64,000 nucleotides of DNA, taken from assembly GCA_903845195.1 (NCBI GenBank), contig CAIMWO010000033.1, positions 2,347-66,346 on the forward strand, written 5' to 3'. Source of the DNA: an uncultured Phycisphaerales bacterium. GTDB lineage: Bacteria > Planctomycetota > Phycisphaerae > WQYP01. Each line of letters begins with the position of its first letter. Positions within the stretch are counted from its first letter, which is position 1. A program made the translations under genes and the position numbers. The notes beneath the pieces were generated by a model. The model saw only the letters and a program-made list of their open reading frames with translations. It made no database searches and was not told the DNA's origin. This document shows positions 1 through 10,874 of this stretch, one piece after another.

Positions 1-1346
<1,346 letters not shown>

Positions 1347-1530
1347 TCTTCTTCCTTCTAACCTTCACGTAGGCCGGGTCGAGGCAAACTCGCAAGGTTA
1401 TAGCGGTTGGCGAGGAAACCGTAAAGCACGGCGGAGGAAAAGTGGAAAAATGGAGCGTTAGAGATGAAGGGATTGGTGGCCAAGGAATGAAAAGGTGGTG
1501 ATGGGCTGAGCATCGTGGAACCACCCAAGT

Positions 1531-1545
1531 GGGAATTGGGAATTC
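1531..1545. repeat. (GGGAATT)x2 heptamer repeat forming the inverted motif GAATT-GGG-AATTC in the carB/zinc-ribbon divergent intergenic region
   Basis: gggaattgggaattcg read directly. Same GAATTC-core heptamer family as 50-83, 43081-43104 and 63529-63562. Confidence 0.5.
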
Positions 1546-1558
1546 GCGACATAATAGA

Positions 1559-1572
1559 GGATTATTTAATCC
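1559..1572. promoter_or_regulatory. 14-bp palindrome GGATTATTTAATCC in the divergent promoter region upstream of carB
   Basis: Perfect inverted repeat GGATTA-TT-TAATCC within an AT-rich stretch. Operator-like site, by inference only. Confidence 0.3.
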
Positions 1573-1737
1573 CTTTTATTCTTGCCCATCACCTTCTCAG
1601 GGGATACAACGTACATAAGTCAATGAGAACTGCAGATGAATAGTCACACATAAATGGTGGGCTATACCGGGTTATACGCGGTCATCAGTGGGAATCCACC
1701 CGAGTGGTGTTGCTATAAGGCGGAAAGGCGATTGCAG

Positions 1738-2448
1738 ATGATCCTTGTAACATGTCCGTCATGCAAGAAGGTTCACCAGATATATGAATCCTTGCTGGGC
1801 AAGCGCGTTCAGTGCAAAGATTGTGGCGTAGCATTCGAGGCCAGATCGAATGGGGCGCAGCCGGTTCCGGCGGCGGTTGCAGGATCGAAAGGGGCTGAGA
1901 TATTAGATGAACCCGTGGAAGTTCCTCGGGATGTGCCTTCCAAGGCGCAAAGGCCATTCGGTTTAGTGTGGGTCGTCTTCTACTGGATCATTAACGGTCT
2001 TTTAGCCATACCACTTGGTTACATTATCGCCTGCATGGGAAGCGCGCTGGGCGGCACAAATGAAATGACACGGAATATGTTTGGTTCTCGCGGATTCGGA
2101 GAGTCTGGCGGGACGCCAGCCTTGGCAGCGGCCTTCCTCGAGTTCATTGGGCTTCTGGTGTTCCACTTTGGGCTGATTCTCTTGGTCGCTTGCTACGGTT
2201 TGTGGACATACCGAAAATGGGGGCTTTCATTGGCAAGGGGATTGGCCGTTGCCTCTTTTGCACTGAACGTGCTGATATTTATATTGGGCATTATCAGCCG
2301 CGCTGGAATCGTGGCCGGTTTGATCGGGATGGTCATCTCTGCCGGCATCCTGGTTTATCTATACGGTTATGCTGACCTTCGCGAGCGTTTGAAAGGGTAC
2401 ATTCCAACCGGAGGCCTACAAGGCGGCTCGTGGGAGCAGTATAAATGA
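1738..2448 (+). CDS. membrane protein with N-terminal zinc-ribbon (CPSC..CKDC, MJ0042-type finger) followed by ~4 TM helices
   Basis: ORF 1654..2448, start taken at MILVTCPSCKKVHQ... Cys pairs CPSC and CKDC. Hydrophobic segments VWVVFYWIINGLLAIPLGYII, FIGLLVFHFGLILLVACYGLW, LAVASFALNVLIFILGII, IVAGLIGMVISAGILVYLYGY. Paralogous N-terminus to the next gene. Confidence 0.6.
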   Translation: MILVTCPSCKKVHQIYESLLGKRVQCKDCGVAFEARSNGAQPVPAAVAGSKGAEILDEPVEVPRDVPSKAQRPFGLVWVVFYWIINGLLAIPLGYIIACMGSALGGTNEMTRNMFGSRGFGESGGTPALAAAFLEFIGLLVFHFGLILLVACYGLWTYRKWGLSLARGLAVASFALNVLIFILGIISRAGIVAGLIGMVISAGILVYLYGYADLRERLKGYIPTGGLQGGSWEQYK

Positions 2449-2531
2449 TGATCTAGCCGTCCGCGTCATATCGGTCGCGGCTCGTTGGCGTTGTGCTCAA
2501 GCCTGTTCGATTCGCGTTCGGGAGAAGCGCC

Positions 2532-5500
2532 ATGATTTCTGTCCAATGTCCATCATGCAAGATGGTGCATTCGTTGCCCGAGTCGGCGTTGGGTAAGAAC
2601 GCACGCTGCAACGACTGCCAGCATGTGTTTGTCGTTACGCATGACGCGGGGCTCGTGGAGTTAGGCGTTGGCCAAGGGGTTGTGAGCCCGGCGCCCCAAA
2701 AGATTCAGCTTCACCCCCAAGTTCACTCACGATCACCCCAAACGGGCGGTTTGGAAGTATTGTCGGACGAACGATCTCGGTCCAAAGCCAATAAGGTCCT
2801 GCACATCGGAGTGCCTGCCGGACTATTCCTGGTCGCGGGGATTGTCGTTGCGGTTTATGTTCTATTACCGGGTCACCCCAAGCCGACTTCTACGGCAAGC
2901 ACCGAAATTGCCCCACCCGGCAATGTTCGCAACACCCTGCGGCCCTCTCTCAGCAAAGCTCGCGAATTAGCCAACCGTGAAATTGACGCAGCTCGGCTAA
3001 GTGGTATCGCTTACGCCTGTATGATCTATGCCAGCAGAAACAACGACCAAATGCCTGCTCATCTATTTGCCATCACGTCCGACTTGCATTCGCCCCAAGA
3101 TTTCAAGTCCAAGTTTTCGTTAACTCTCGAGCCCACCGCCATGACCTCCACCCCCGCCGACCTTGAGTCTTGGTGCGATTGGATCTACATCGGTGCCGAT
3201 CTCTCAACTACCACTTCCTCCGCGGAAAGGATCGTCTTCGCGTACAGCAAGGATTTGTACGCCGACCACAGCCGCTGCATTGTTTTCGCGGATTGCCACT
3301 CGGAATGGATTGAAGCCTCCAATCTGACAGGTGTTTTTAACAAATCTAACAACGCCCGCGCCGCGGTCGGACTTTCTCCTGTTTCCCTCGATGGCCCGCC
3401 TCCGAAATCAGTCCCGCCGCATCGCATCAGTTCGAAGCGCCCGCCAGCAACTACACCGCCGGCCGAGTTTCATAAAATTGCAGGTTTGCAGACTGTGGCG
3501 AGGTTCCTTGAGCCGCCGATGCAATGTGCTTGCCCGTGTTGGTCCCCTGACGGGAAATACATCATGTTCATTGCTCGACCCGCTGAACAGGCGGGCGGAA
3601 ATCTTTCTAAGGGACCATGGAATCCTGGAATTGTGCCGGGGAACATTTGGGTTGTTTCCGTCGACGGGGCGAAGAGATGGTTGGTCAGCAACTTCTTCTT
3701 CGGCAAACTTCTAACGCCTGATGGCCGCCGCGCCGATCCATTGAAACTAGATGTGAGTACGGTGTCTTGGTCGCTTGACGGCGGGAAAATCGCTTTCCGG
3801 GCTTATGAGGGAGAAGATAGGCCGATTGGAATTCAAACCGATCTCTATGTTATGAAAGCCGATGCGTCTGACGTTTTCCGGGTAGCAAAAGATGATGGTT
3901 GGGGTAAGTTGGGCAATCGCACGCTTCAATGGACACCGGATGGAAAGGGGTTGCTCTTGGGTGGGTCAACGATTGATTTAGAAGGAACGAAGTTATCCCC
4001 GCTTACCGTTTCCGGTGGAGGAAAGGTCACAAACGCTTGCTCTTCGCGTGATGGGACGAAGTTGGCAGCGATCGTCGAAGAACGTACAGAAAGCGGCCTT
4101 GGTGTAATTGACCGAAGTTTGCAGCAGGTGAAGTGGCTCGCTCGTGGCAAAATGTTCGGCGGTGGGGGCACGAATTACGCTCCGCGATCTTGGTCGCCGG
4201 ACGGGAAACAGATCGCAGCGGATGCCACAAATAATGTGGGCAGAGATAAGCACATTGCTATCTTTGATGCACTAAGCGGAAGTGAGCGGAGGCTCGTCGA
4301 CGGTGCGGCACCGTCCTGGTCCCCTGACGGGCAACGAATCGTCTTTGCTGGGGGGGAAGGCGACCCGGACAATCTGTATCTGATAAGCCCCAACGGGAAG
4401 AATTTGCAGAGGATCACCAATCTGACTCCTCCGGGGGTGCAAATGATCTGGGGTTCGTATCCATGTTGGTCACCCGACGGGAAACAGATTGTGTTCAGGC
4501 GCGGTCAATACATTTGGGTGGCTAACCTTGACGGAACGAGACAATCGCCGATTGCCATAAGTACCGATCATTCACGTGTAACGAACACGGGCACTCGAGT
4601 TGGGCCATGTGAATGGACACCACTGTGGAAACCGGACGGAGGCATAGCGTTTACGCCGTATAAGGAAGCAAAATGGGAGAGTTTGGGAGCAACGCCTGAG
4701 TTTGAGGTGTCCGTAACAAACGTCGATGGCACAGAAGTTCGTCCGCTTGTGCGGCTTCAATCGCCAGCCGATGGTGATGGCGCCAGCTGGTCACCTGACG
4801 GAAGTAAGATGGCCTTTGACAAAAACGGAAATATCTGGGTTGCGAAGGGAGATGGCACTGGTCAGAGCAGGCTTACGGGAGGCCGGCATCCTCAGTGGTC
4901 GCCTGATAGTCAGAAAATTCTCTATGTTCAAGGCAGCAAAGGCAACGAAGTTCTTTGCACAATCGGTTTCGACGGCAGCAATCAGACGCAGATAACGGAA
5001 CCAAGTCACGGATACACCGATTATCATTGTTGGTGTCCGGACGGCAAGAAAATAGCCTTCAATGGTCAGTACGGAATATGGATTGTCTCCGCTCAAGGCG
5101 GCGATGCGCATCGCATTGCACCGGGGGTCTACCAGCCGCGCTGGTCGCCGGACGGCAAAAAGTTGGCGTTTTTCGTTCAAGGGAAACCAGTCGAGCTGCC
5201 CGCGGCAGTGAGTCCGTCTACCGTATACGTTATGAATGTGGACGGCAGTGGCATTCGGCCTGTAATACAGGTAGATAAAACCGCGTACGGCGATAATGTT
5301 GTGAACAACCTATCATGGAGCCCCGACGGCAAACACATCCTCGTCGGAGAGACCGCAAAGGGCGGCTACGATTATGAGGACCGGCATCATATTTGGATCG
5401 TGGATGTCAGCGAGCCGGTGTTTTACCAAGCGTCGTACGTTAGTTCTCCCTTGCTTGCCTGGAAAGTACCGGCGTTCGATCCTGTGCCGCGGGTCATTTC

Positions 5501-6077
5501 GACCATTCCATCGACAGGAGGAGCGCCTGTCCCCGGAGCTGGTGAGTTGCCGCGCGATGTGAACTCGAGACACCCACCTGCCAAGCCGGACCGTGCAGAC
5601 GGTCAGAGCAAGATTGGGCCCGTCATGAGCCGCACGGGCAAAATCACTGTGGATTGGACAATTCCAGAGTGGGCTAATGCGACGGGGTTGCCTGTGGATA
5701 ACCCGATACAAAAAGTGTGCGTAGTCCGGAAGGAGAGGCGGTTCCCAAACCTCTTGATGTTTGCCGGCGTTGGAGTTGGTGGTGCAGCGGAGTCAAAGGA
5801 TGATCAGGCGTACAAGGATTATCTCCAACGGATGACCGATACATTCAACAATGGCATACCTCCAGGAAAGGCTTCCAAGCCTGTGGAAGCGACGGTCAAC
5901 GGCGTCCAGTATGACAAACTCTCCGCCGAATCTGGTATTGAGACAGCGGTTGTGCTGGTCGGAGTACAGGACGGGGTATGCGTATCGTATTGGTTTGTGG
6001 GCAATCCGAACCGAATTGCAGAGTTCAATGCGATGGTGGGCAAGGCGAAAATAACCAAAGAGCAAAGCGAAAAATGA
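2532..6077 (+). CDS. large (1182 aa) membrane-anchored protein: N-terminal zinc ribbon, one TM helix, DUF1559-like segment (..IVFADCHSEWIE..), then >10 PD40/TolB-type beta-propeller repeats (WSPDGK/WTPDGK)
   Basis: ORF 2493..6077, start taken at MISVQCPSCKMVHSL with a GGGAGAAG SD-like motif upstream. TM helix LHIGVPAGLFLVAGIVVAVYVLL. Recurrent W[ST]PDG[KQ] motifs along the protein. Confidence 0.6.
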   Translation: MISVQCPSCKMVHSLPESALGKNARCNDCQHVFVVTHDAGLVELGVGQGVVSPAPQKIQLHPQVHSRSPQTGGLEVLSDERSRSKANKVLHIGVPAGLFLVAGIVVAVYVLLPGHPKPTSTASTEIAPPGNVRNTLRPSLSKARELANREIDAARLSGIAYACMIYASRNNDQMPAHLFAITSDLHSPQDFKSKFSLTLEPTAMTSTPADLESWCDWIYIGADLSTTTSSAERIVFAYSKDLYADHSRCIVFADCHSEWIEASNLTGVFNKSNNARAAVGLSPVSLDGPPPKSVPPHRISSKRPPATTPPAEFHKIAGLQTVARFLEPPMQCACPCWSPDGKYIMFIARPAEQAGGNLSKGPWNPGIVPGNIWVVSVDGAKRWLVSNFFFGKLLTPDGRRADPLKLDVSTVSWSLDGGKIAFRAYEGEDRPIGIQTDLYVMKADASDVFRVAKDDGWGKLGNRTLQWTPDGKGLLLGGSTIDLEGTKLSPLTVSGGGKVTNACSSRDGTKLAAIVEERTESGLGVIDRSLQQVKWLARGKMFGGGGTNYAPRSWSPDGKQIAADATNNVGRDKHIAIFDALSGSERRLVDGAAPSWSPDGQRIVFAGGEGDPDNLYLISPNGKNLQRITNLTPPGVQMIWGSYPCWSPDGKQIVFRRGQYIWVANLDGTRQSPIAISTDHSRVTNTGTRVGPCEWTPLWKPDGGIAFTPYKEAKWESLGATPEFEVSVTNVDGTEVRPLVRLQSPADGDGASWSPDGSKMAFDKNGNIWVAKGDGTGQSRLTGGRHPQWSPDSQKILYVQGSKGNEVLCTIGFDGSNQTQITEPSHGYTDYHCWCPDGKKIAFNGQYGIWIVSAQGGDAHRIAPGVYQPRWSPDGKKLAFFVQGKPVELPAAVSPSTVYVMNVDGSGIRPVIQVDKTAYGDNVVNNLSWSPDGKHILVGETAKGGYDYEDRHHIWIVDVSEPVFYQASYVSSPLLAWKVPAFDPVPRVISTIPSTGGAPVPGAGELPRDVNSRHPPAKPDRADGQSKIGPVMSRTGKITVDWTIPEWANATGLPVDNPIQKVCVVRKERRFPNLLMFAGVGVGGAAESKDDQAYKDYLQRMTDTFNNGIPPGKASKPVEATVNGVQYDKLSAESGIETAVVLVGVQDGVCVSYWFVGNPNRIAEFNAMVGKAKITKEQSEK

Positions 6078-6134
6078 GACCTTCGGGCTTGAATAAAGAA
6101 ATGGATAAAGTGAAGTCGTTCGTGCTATGAGGGC

Positions 6135-7328
6135 TTACGCCCAATCGGGCCTGCTGGGCAGATCGGCCGGCAGGCAGCGGTGTTGGCGGACGCGTTGGAT
6201 GACGTCGGAGAAGAGCGTTTCGGTGGCGGACCATGGGGCTTTCTTGAAGGTCCAGCCGGCCGAGTCATAGCAATCATTGATGAACCGCGTCACCGCCTGG
6301 ATTTCAGAAAACGCGGTGATGGGCGCAAAACCTTTGCGAACGGCGTCGGCAAAACTATTGAAGATCAGGGAGCATCCGTCGAATTCCTTGCGGTCATCGC
6401 GGAATTCCGTCACCGGTTGGCCGTCGCAGAAGAGGTACCCGGCGCCGTTCCAGAGCGCCCGGCCCTTTTCGCCGACAATGTCGATCTGGTGGCGTTCTTC
6501 GGTAGAGCAGGTGGTGCCGACGAAGGTGATGGTGGGGGCGTCCGCCGTATCCAGCGTGCCGCGGATGAACGCCGTGTCGCCGGCTTCCAGCGTCGGCGCA
6601 TCGTGAAACTTGTACATGGCGGCCTGCACATTCTTGACGCGAGCCACGCTGGGCAAGGCACCGGGGGAAAGCAATGTGAGCATCTGGTTTACGTAGTGCA
6701 CGCACTGGTTGTAGAGCGCGCCATCGACGCACCAGTCGCCGTCGATCTTCATGCGGCCGGCCCAGGGAATGCGGCCGTAGTATTCCTCCGTCCGCCACCA
6801 CAGGCTGGAAAGAAACACTTCCTTGATGCGCCCGATCGCTCCGGACTGCAGCGCCGCGCGGAGTTCCAGCATGCTCTTCCGGCCGACGTGCTGCATCTGC
6901 ACCGCCCCGACCTTTCCGCTGGCGCGCTGGGCCGCGATCATCGCCGCGCAATCATCCGGATGCGTCGCCATCGGCTTTTCCACCAGGACATGCTTGCCGG
7001 CCTGGAATGCCGCGACGGTCATCGGACGGTGAAAATGGTGCGGCGTGCAGATATCGACCGCGTCGACCGCAGGGTCGGCAAGAACTTCCTCATAGGAACG
7101 GTAGATTTTCGTGCCACTCTTGAGCAGCCGGGCAATCGCATCGGCCACGCGGCGGTCCTGTGGATAAAGATCGTAGCCGCCGACGAGCTGAAAATGAGGG
7201 TTCTTCTCGACTTCGTTAATATGGCAATAGCCGATGCCGCCAGCGAGGCCGATTTGTGCGATACGGATAGCGTCGGGGCGTTTGGGGACGATGGCGTTGG
7301 CCTCAAGGGCGACGTTGCGGGTTGTCAC
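6135..7328 (-). CDS. Gfo/Idh/MocA family NAD(P)-dependent oxidoreductase
   Basis: N-terminal Rossmann IRIAQIGLAGGIGYCH..., EKPMATHPDDCAAMIAAQRASGKVGAVQ typical of the family. GTG start at 7328 preceded by GGAG. The longer ORF to 7466 has an implausible Arg/His-rich N-terminus. Confidence 0.7.
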   Translation of the reverse strand: MTTRNVALEANAIVPKRPDAIRIAQIGLAGGIGYCHINEVEKNPHFQLVGGYDLYPQDRRVADAIARLLKSGTKIYRSYEEVLADPAVDAVDICTPHHFHRPMTVAAFQAGKHVLVEKPMATHPDDCAAMIAAQRASGKVGAVQMQHVGRKSMLELRAALQSGAIGRIKEVFLSSLWWRTEEYYGRIPWAGRMKIDGDWCVDGALYNQCVHYVNQMLTLLSPGALPSVARVKNVQAAMYKFHDAPTLEAGDTAFIRGTLDTADAPTITFVGTTCSTEERHQIDIVGEKGRALWNGAGYLFCDGQPVTEFRDDRKEFDGCSLIFNSFADAVRKGFAPITAFSEIQAVTRFINDCYDSAGWTFKKAPWSATETLFSDVIQRVRQHRCLPADLPSRPDWA

Positions 7329-7534
7329 GAAGAGCACTCCAAAAGTATTTCGGTGAAGAATCGAAAACCGAATTATAACGTGCAATGCCGCCGAAAGACC
7401 ATCAATCACGACCAAGCCATGATGCCGCCGGCGATGGCCGCCGCCCCGAAAAGGTGACATCTTCACCGCAAGCCTTATGATAATACTGGGATTCTATATT
7501 CCCGTTTCGGATGGTGGTGTGTGAGAGGTCCTCG

Positions 7535-9601
7535 ATGCGCCTCGGCATTCGCCGAAAATTGATTGGCACATTGATTCTTGTGGGATTGTTCCCCCTGGTC
7601 ATGAGCCTCATTGTCATTCTCGGCGGTGGCGCCGCGATGCAGCTTTCGCGCATCCGCACCACCTACGAAGACATCGCCGCGGACTGCTCCTACCAGATCA
7701 CGTCGCGGATTCGCTCGGAATTGGGCAATACATTGTTGTTGTCGCGGCTGCCCCATACGCTGGAATTTGTCCGCGAAAAGAATCGTCGTCGCACCCTGCA
7801 GGGTGTGCCCGCCACCATGCCCGGAATTTCGATTCCCCAGCCCAATGACGCGGCCAATGAACTCGACCGGAAGTGGCCCGGTTTGTCGCCCACCGATCCG
7901 ATTGTGGCCGCCATCCTGCAAAATCCGATGGCCGACCAGCTGCGCCTTCTGGGCGCCGAGGATCCCACCGACCGGCAGTTGTTGGTGACGAATGCCTACG
8001 GCGAACTGATCGCAGCCGACGTCAAATCCGGCGATTTCTTCCAGGCTGATGAGCAATGGTGGCAGATCACTTACAACGAAGGTCATGGCCGGGTGTACGT
8101 CAGTTCGCTGGTGATCAATCCCGTCAATGACAAGATGGTCATCGAAGTCTCGGTTCCGGTTCTCGATGATGTCAGCGGTCGTCGCGTCGTCATCGGGGTC
8201 ATCAAGGAAAAACTTGATGTTTCGTGGATCCAGCGACCGCTCAAGGAACTTCCCGCCAAGCTGGGCGCCACCGGGCAGCTATTCGACCTGGACTCCAGCC
8301 ACACCATCTTCGCACCCGATCCCAGCCCGGTGAATCTGCAGGCCGAGGAATACTATCTTCGTCACCGCGGCAATCCCCACGTCGGGATCACCACGCTGAT
8401 GTTCGGCAATCTGGTCCAGGGCATCGCGCTTGTGCCCACCGATACGATTTACGTTTCTTCGACGGAACGGCCGCAGGTGCCGCACTGGGCCGTGCTGGTC
8501 AGCAAGCCGTCATCCGAGGCGATGGCGCCGATTTACAAGATCGCGCTGATGGTCGCCGCGATCGGCGCGGCATTGATCCTGGTGCTCTTTATTCTCGGCG
8601 TGGCGATTTCCAATCGCGAGATCATCATGCCCATCCTGCGCCTGCGCGAGGCCACCGCCGCCGTCGGCCGGGGCGAACTGAACGTCCGCCTCATGAGTAC
8701 CGACGTGCGCGATCCCACCTTCCGCAAGGACGAACTGGGCGACCTGGCCCACGACTTCGACGAAATGACCCGGCAACTGCAGCGCAACGTCAATGCGCTG
8801 GCGCGTTCCAACGAAGCCAAGCGGCGTTTTATGGAACTGGCCGGCCACGAACTGCGCACGCCCGTGACGTACATCCTGGGCGTTTGCCAGTTGGCGCAGC
8901 GGCAGTTGCAGCAGGAAGTCGCCGACGTCGTGGCTGCACGGCAGGATGTCGCCACCGCCACGCGAAGCAACTCCGCGGTCAATGTCGAACTGGGCAAAAT
9001 CGCTCTCAAGGCGCAGCGCCTCAGCCGCATCATTGACAACCTGCTGAAACTGGTGAACAACGATCAGTTCACCACGCGCATGACCAAGGCGCCGGTCGAT
9101 ATCCGCTCGTTGCTGCTGCAGGTGACGAGCGATTACCGACCCTTCAGTCTCGAGCGCCGGCAGCAGCTCATCGTGGATCTCGCGGGCAACCTTGCTTCGA
9201 TCGAAGGCGATCGCGACAAGCTCGAAGACGTCTTCACCAATCTGCTCTCCAACGCCATTCGCTTCTCGCCCGACGGCGGCGTGGTGAAAGTCACCGCCCA
9301 TGAAGTCGTCGGCGATATGCTGGAAGTCCTCATTGAAGATTCCGGACCCGGCATCAGCAAGGAAGACCTGACTAATCTTTTTGAACCGTTCTATGTCGGC
9401 TCCGACATCATGCATCATCACTCCGGCGAGTATGAGTTCGGTTCCAAAGGCATCGGCCTGGGCCTGGCGATCGTCCGCCGCTTTGTCGAGCTTCATGGCG
9501 GCGTGGTGCGGGCGCAGACCACCGGCCACGGCACGCAGTTCCATATCCTCCTGCCGCTGAACAAGGAACCCATGGAACTTCCTCCGCCGGCGAATTCGTA
9601 A
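7535..9601 (+). CDS. sensor histidine kinase with periplasmic dCache-like domain, HAMP, HisKA and HATPase_c domains
   Basis: TM LIGTLILVGLFPLVMSLIVILGGG. Cache-like WWQITYNEGHGRVYVSSLVINPVNDKMVIEVSVPVLD. Second TM, HAMP. HisKA box ELAGHELRTPVTYI. HATPase LIEDSGPGIS...GIGLGLAIVRRFVELHGG. No response regulator adjacent. Confidence 0.8.
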   Translation: MRLGIRRKLIGTLILVGLFPLVMSLIVILGGGAAMQLSRIRTTYEDIAADCSYQITSRIRSELGNTLLLSRLPHTLEFVREKNRRRTLQGVPATMPGISIPQPNDAANELDRKWPGLSPTDPIVAAILQNPMADQLRLLGAEDPTDRQLLVTNAYGELIAADVKSGDFFQADEQWWQITYNEGHGRVYVSSLVINPVNDKMVIEVSVPVLDDVSGRRVVIGVIKEKLDVSWIQRPLKELPAKLGATGQLFDLDSSHTIFAPDPSPVNLQAEEYYLRHRGNPHVGITTLMFGNLVQGIALVPTDTIYVSSTERPQVPHWAVLVSKPSSEAMAPIYKIALMVAAIGAALILVLFILGVAISNREIIMPILRLREATAAVGRGELNVRLMSTDVRDPTFRKDELGDLAHDFDEMTRQLQRNVNALARSNEAKRRFMELAGHELRTPVTYILGVCQLAQRQLQQEVADVVAARQDVATATRSNSAVNVELGKIALKAQRLSRIIDNLLKLVNNDQFTTRMTKAPVDIRSLLLQVTSDYRPFSLERRQQLIVDLAGNLASIEGDRDKLEDVFTNLLSNAIRFSPDGGVVKVTAHEVVGDMLEVLIEDSGPGISKEDLTNLFEPFYVGSDIMHHHSGEYEFGSKGIGLGLAIVRRFVELHGGVVRAQTTGHGTQFHILLPLNKEPMELPPPANS

Positions 9602-9635
9602 TGACCACCCCTTTTGACGACGGGTTTTTCGCTTC

Positions 9636-10865
9636 ATGATTATGTTTGCCGCACCAGCCTGGTTGATCGCGATGCCACTGGTGGGCATTCTCGGCGTTTG
9701 GGCGCTATGGCGCGGGCGGCATCACGTGCAGCGCGTCTCCTCGACGCGTCTGTGGGAAGGGCTCACCGGCGAAGCCTCCGGCAAGAAATCCCGCCACGTC
9801 GATCCCGTCTGGCTGATGGTTTTTCTCGCCTCACTGCTCGCAGGACTGGCCCTCGCCGGACCGCGCTGGCAATCGGCGACAGATCCGCAAGTCGCCACCG
9901 CCGACGTGCATTGGGCCATCCGCGGCATCGCGGGCCAGACGCAGGCTGAACTATTCGTTCGCATCGAGCGCGATCAAGGACTATCGGGGACCTGCAAACT
10001 CATCGTCGCGCCCACCGAAATGGACGAGTTCACGGGAGTCGTGAAGCAATTCTCGGTAGCGGACTTGCGCCAAGGCATGGTGGTGCAGGTCCCGAATTTC
10101 CCGGAGTTGCAGGCCACATTGACCGCCGGCCCGCACGTGCTGGCCAAGAGCACCTTCATCCGCCGCGATCGCCCGCCTTTCGCGTTGCTGACCGCCGTCG
10201 CGCGTGGCGGCAAAATCGACCCGGCCCTGCTCCGCCTTTTCTCCGTGCATCCCTCCGTGACCACCGACGATCCTACGATCCGTCCCGCCGTCCTGCTCGT
10301 GGACGATCCGCGTTTCGAAGCCGATTCAGTCGACGCCCGTACACTCGTGATCGCCTCGCCGCGCACACCCTTGCCGGGCAACACGCTCAAGCAGGTCATC
10401 ACCCCCGCGGCTCCCGCCAGGCCGCAATCCGCCCAGCTCAACCTGGCCGCCGTCCGTGTGAATCGCTACACGAGCGCCGAACTCTCCAGCGACTGGGAAA
10501 TCCTCGCCACCCTCGACGGCCACCCGTGGATCGCCATGCGCACCGAATCTGCTACGCCCACCGCGCCCCTGCGCCGCTCGGTCTGGCTCGCCTCCAACCC
10601 CGCTCAGGACGGCAACTGGGGCGTGGACCTTTCCTTCGTTCTTTTTTTTGGCGAACTACTCGATCAGATGTATCCCGCCACCGTGGGTACCGCCCCCTCC
10701 GATGTGGGCGTTGTGGAATGGACCGAGCGACGCGACACATCGGGCGAACCATCGCCCACCGTCGCGCCCATTTCTCTGATGCCAGGCGCCGGCCTTGCCG
10801 CAATTGTGCTTCTGGCCTCGGCTTCGCTGCTGCTCTTTCGCCGCGCCCACCTTCCGCCGGCCTAA
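9636..10865 (+). CDS. BatA-like membrane protein (N-terminal double-transmembrane domain family) with C-terminal TM anchor
   Basis: N-terminus MIMFAAPAWLIAMPLVGILGVWALWRGRHHVQRVSSTRLW matches the BatA-type double-TM signature. C-terminal hydrophobic AGLAAIVLLASASLLLF. Confidence 0.5.
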   Translation: MIMFAAPAWLIAMPLVGILGVWALWRGRHHVQRVSSTRLWEGLTGEASGKKSRHVDPVWLMVFLASLLAGLALAGPRWQSATDPQVATADVHWAIRGIAGQTQAELFVRIERDQGLSGTCKLIVAPTEMDEFTGVVKQFSVADLRQGMVVQVPNFPELQATLTAGPHVLAKSTFIRRDRPPFALLTAVARGGKIDPALLRLFSVHPSVTTDDPTIRPAVLLVDDPRFEADSVDARTLVIASPRTPLPGNTLKQVITPAAPARPQSAQLNLAAVRVNRYTSAELSSDWEILATLDGHPWIAMRTESATPTAPLRRSVWLASNPAQDGNWGVDLSFVLFFGELLDQMYPATVGTAPSDVGVVEWTERRDTSGEPSPTVAPISLMPGAGLAAIVLLASASLLLFRRAHLPPA

Positions 10866-10874
10866 ACGCTCATC

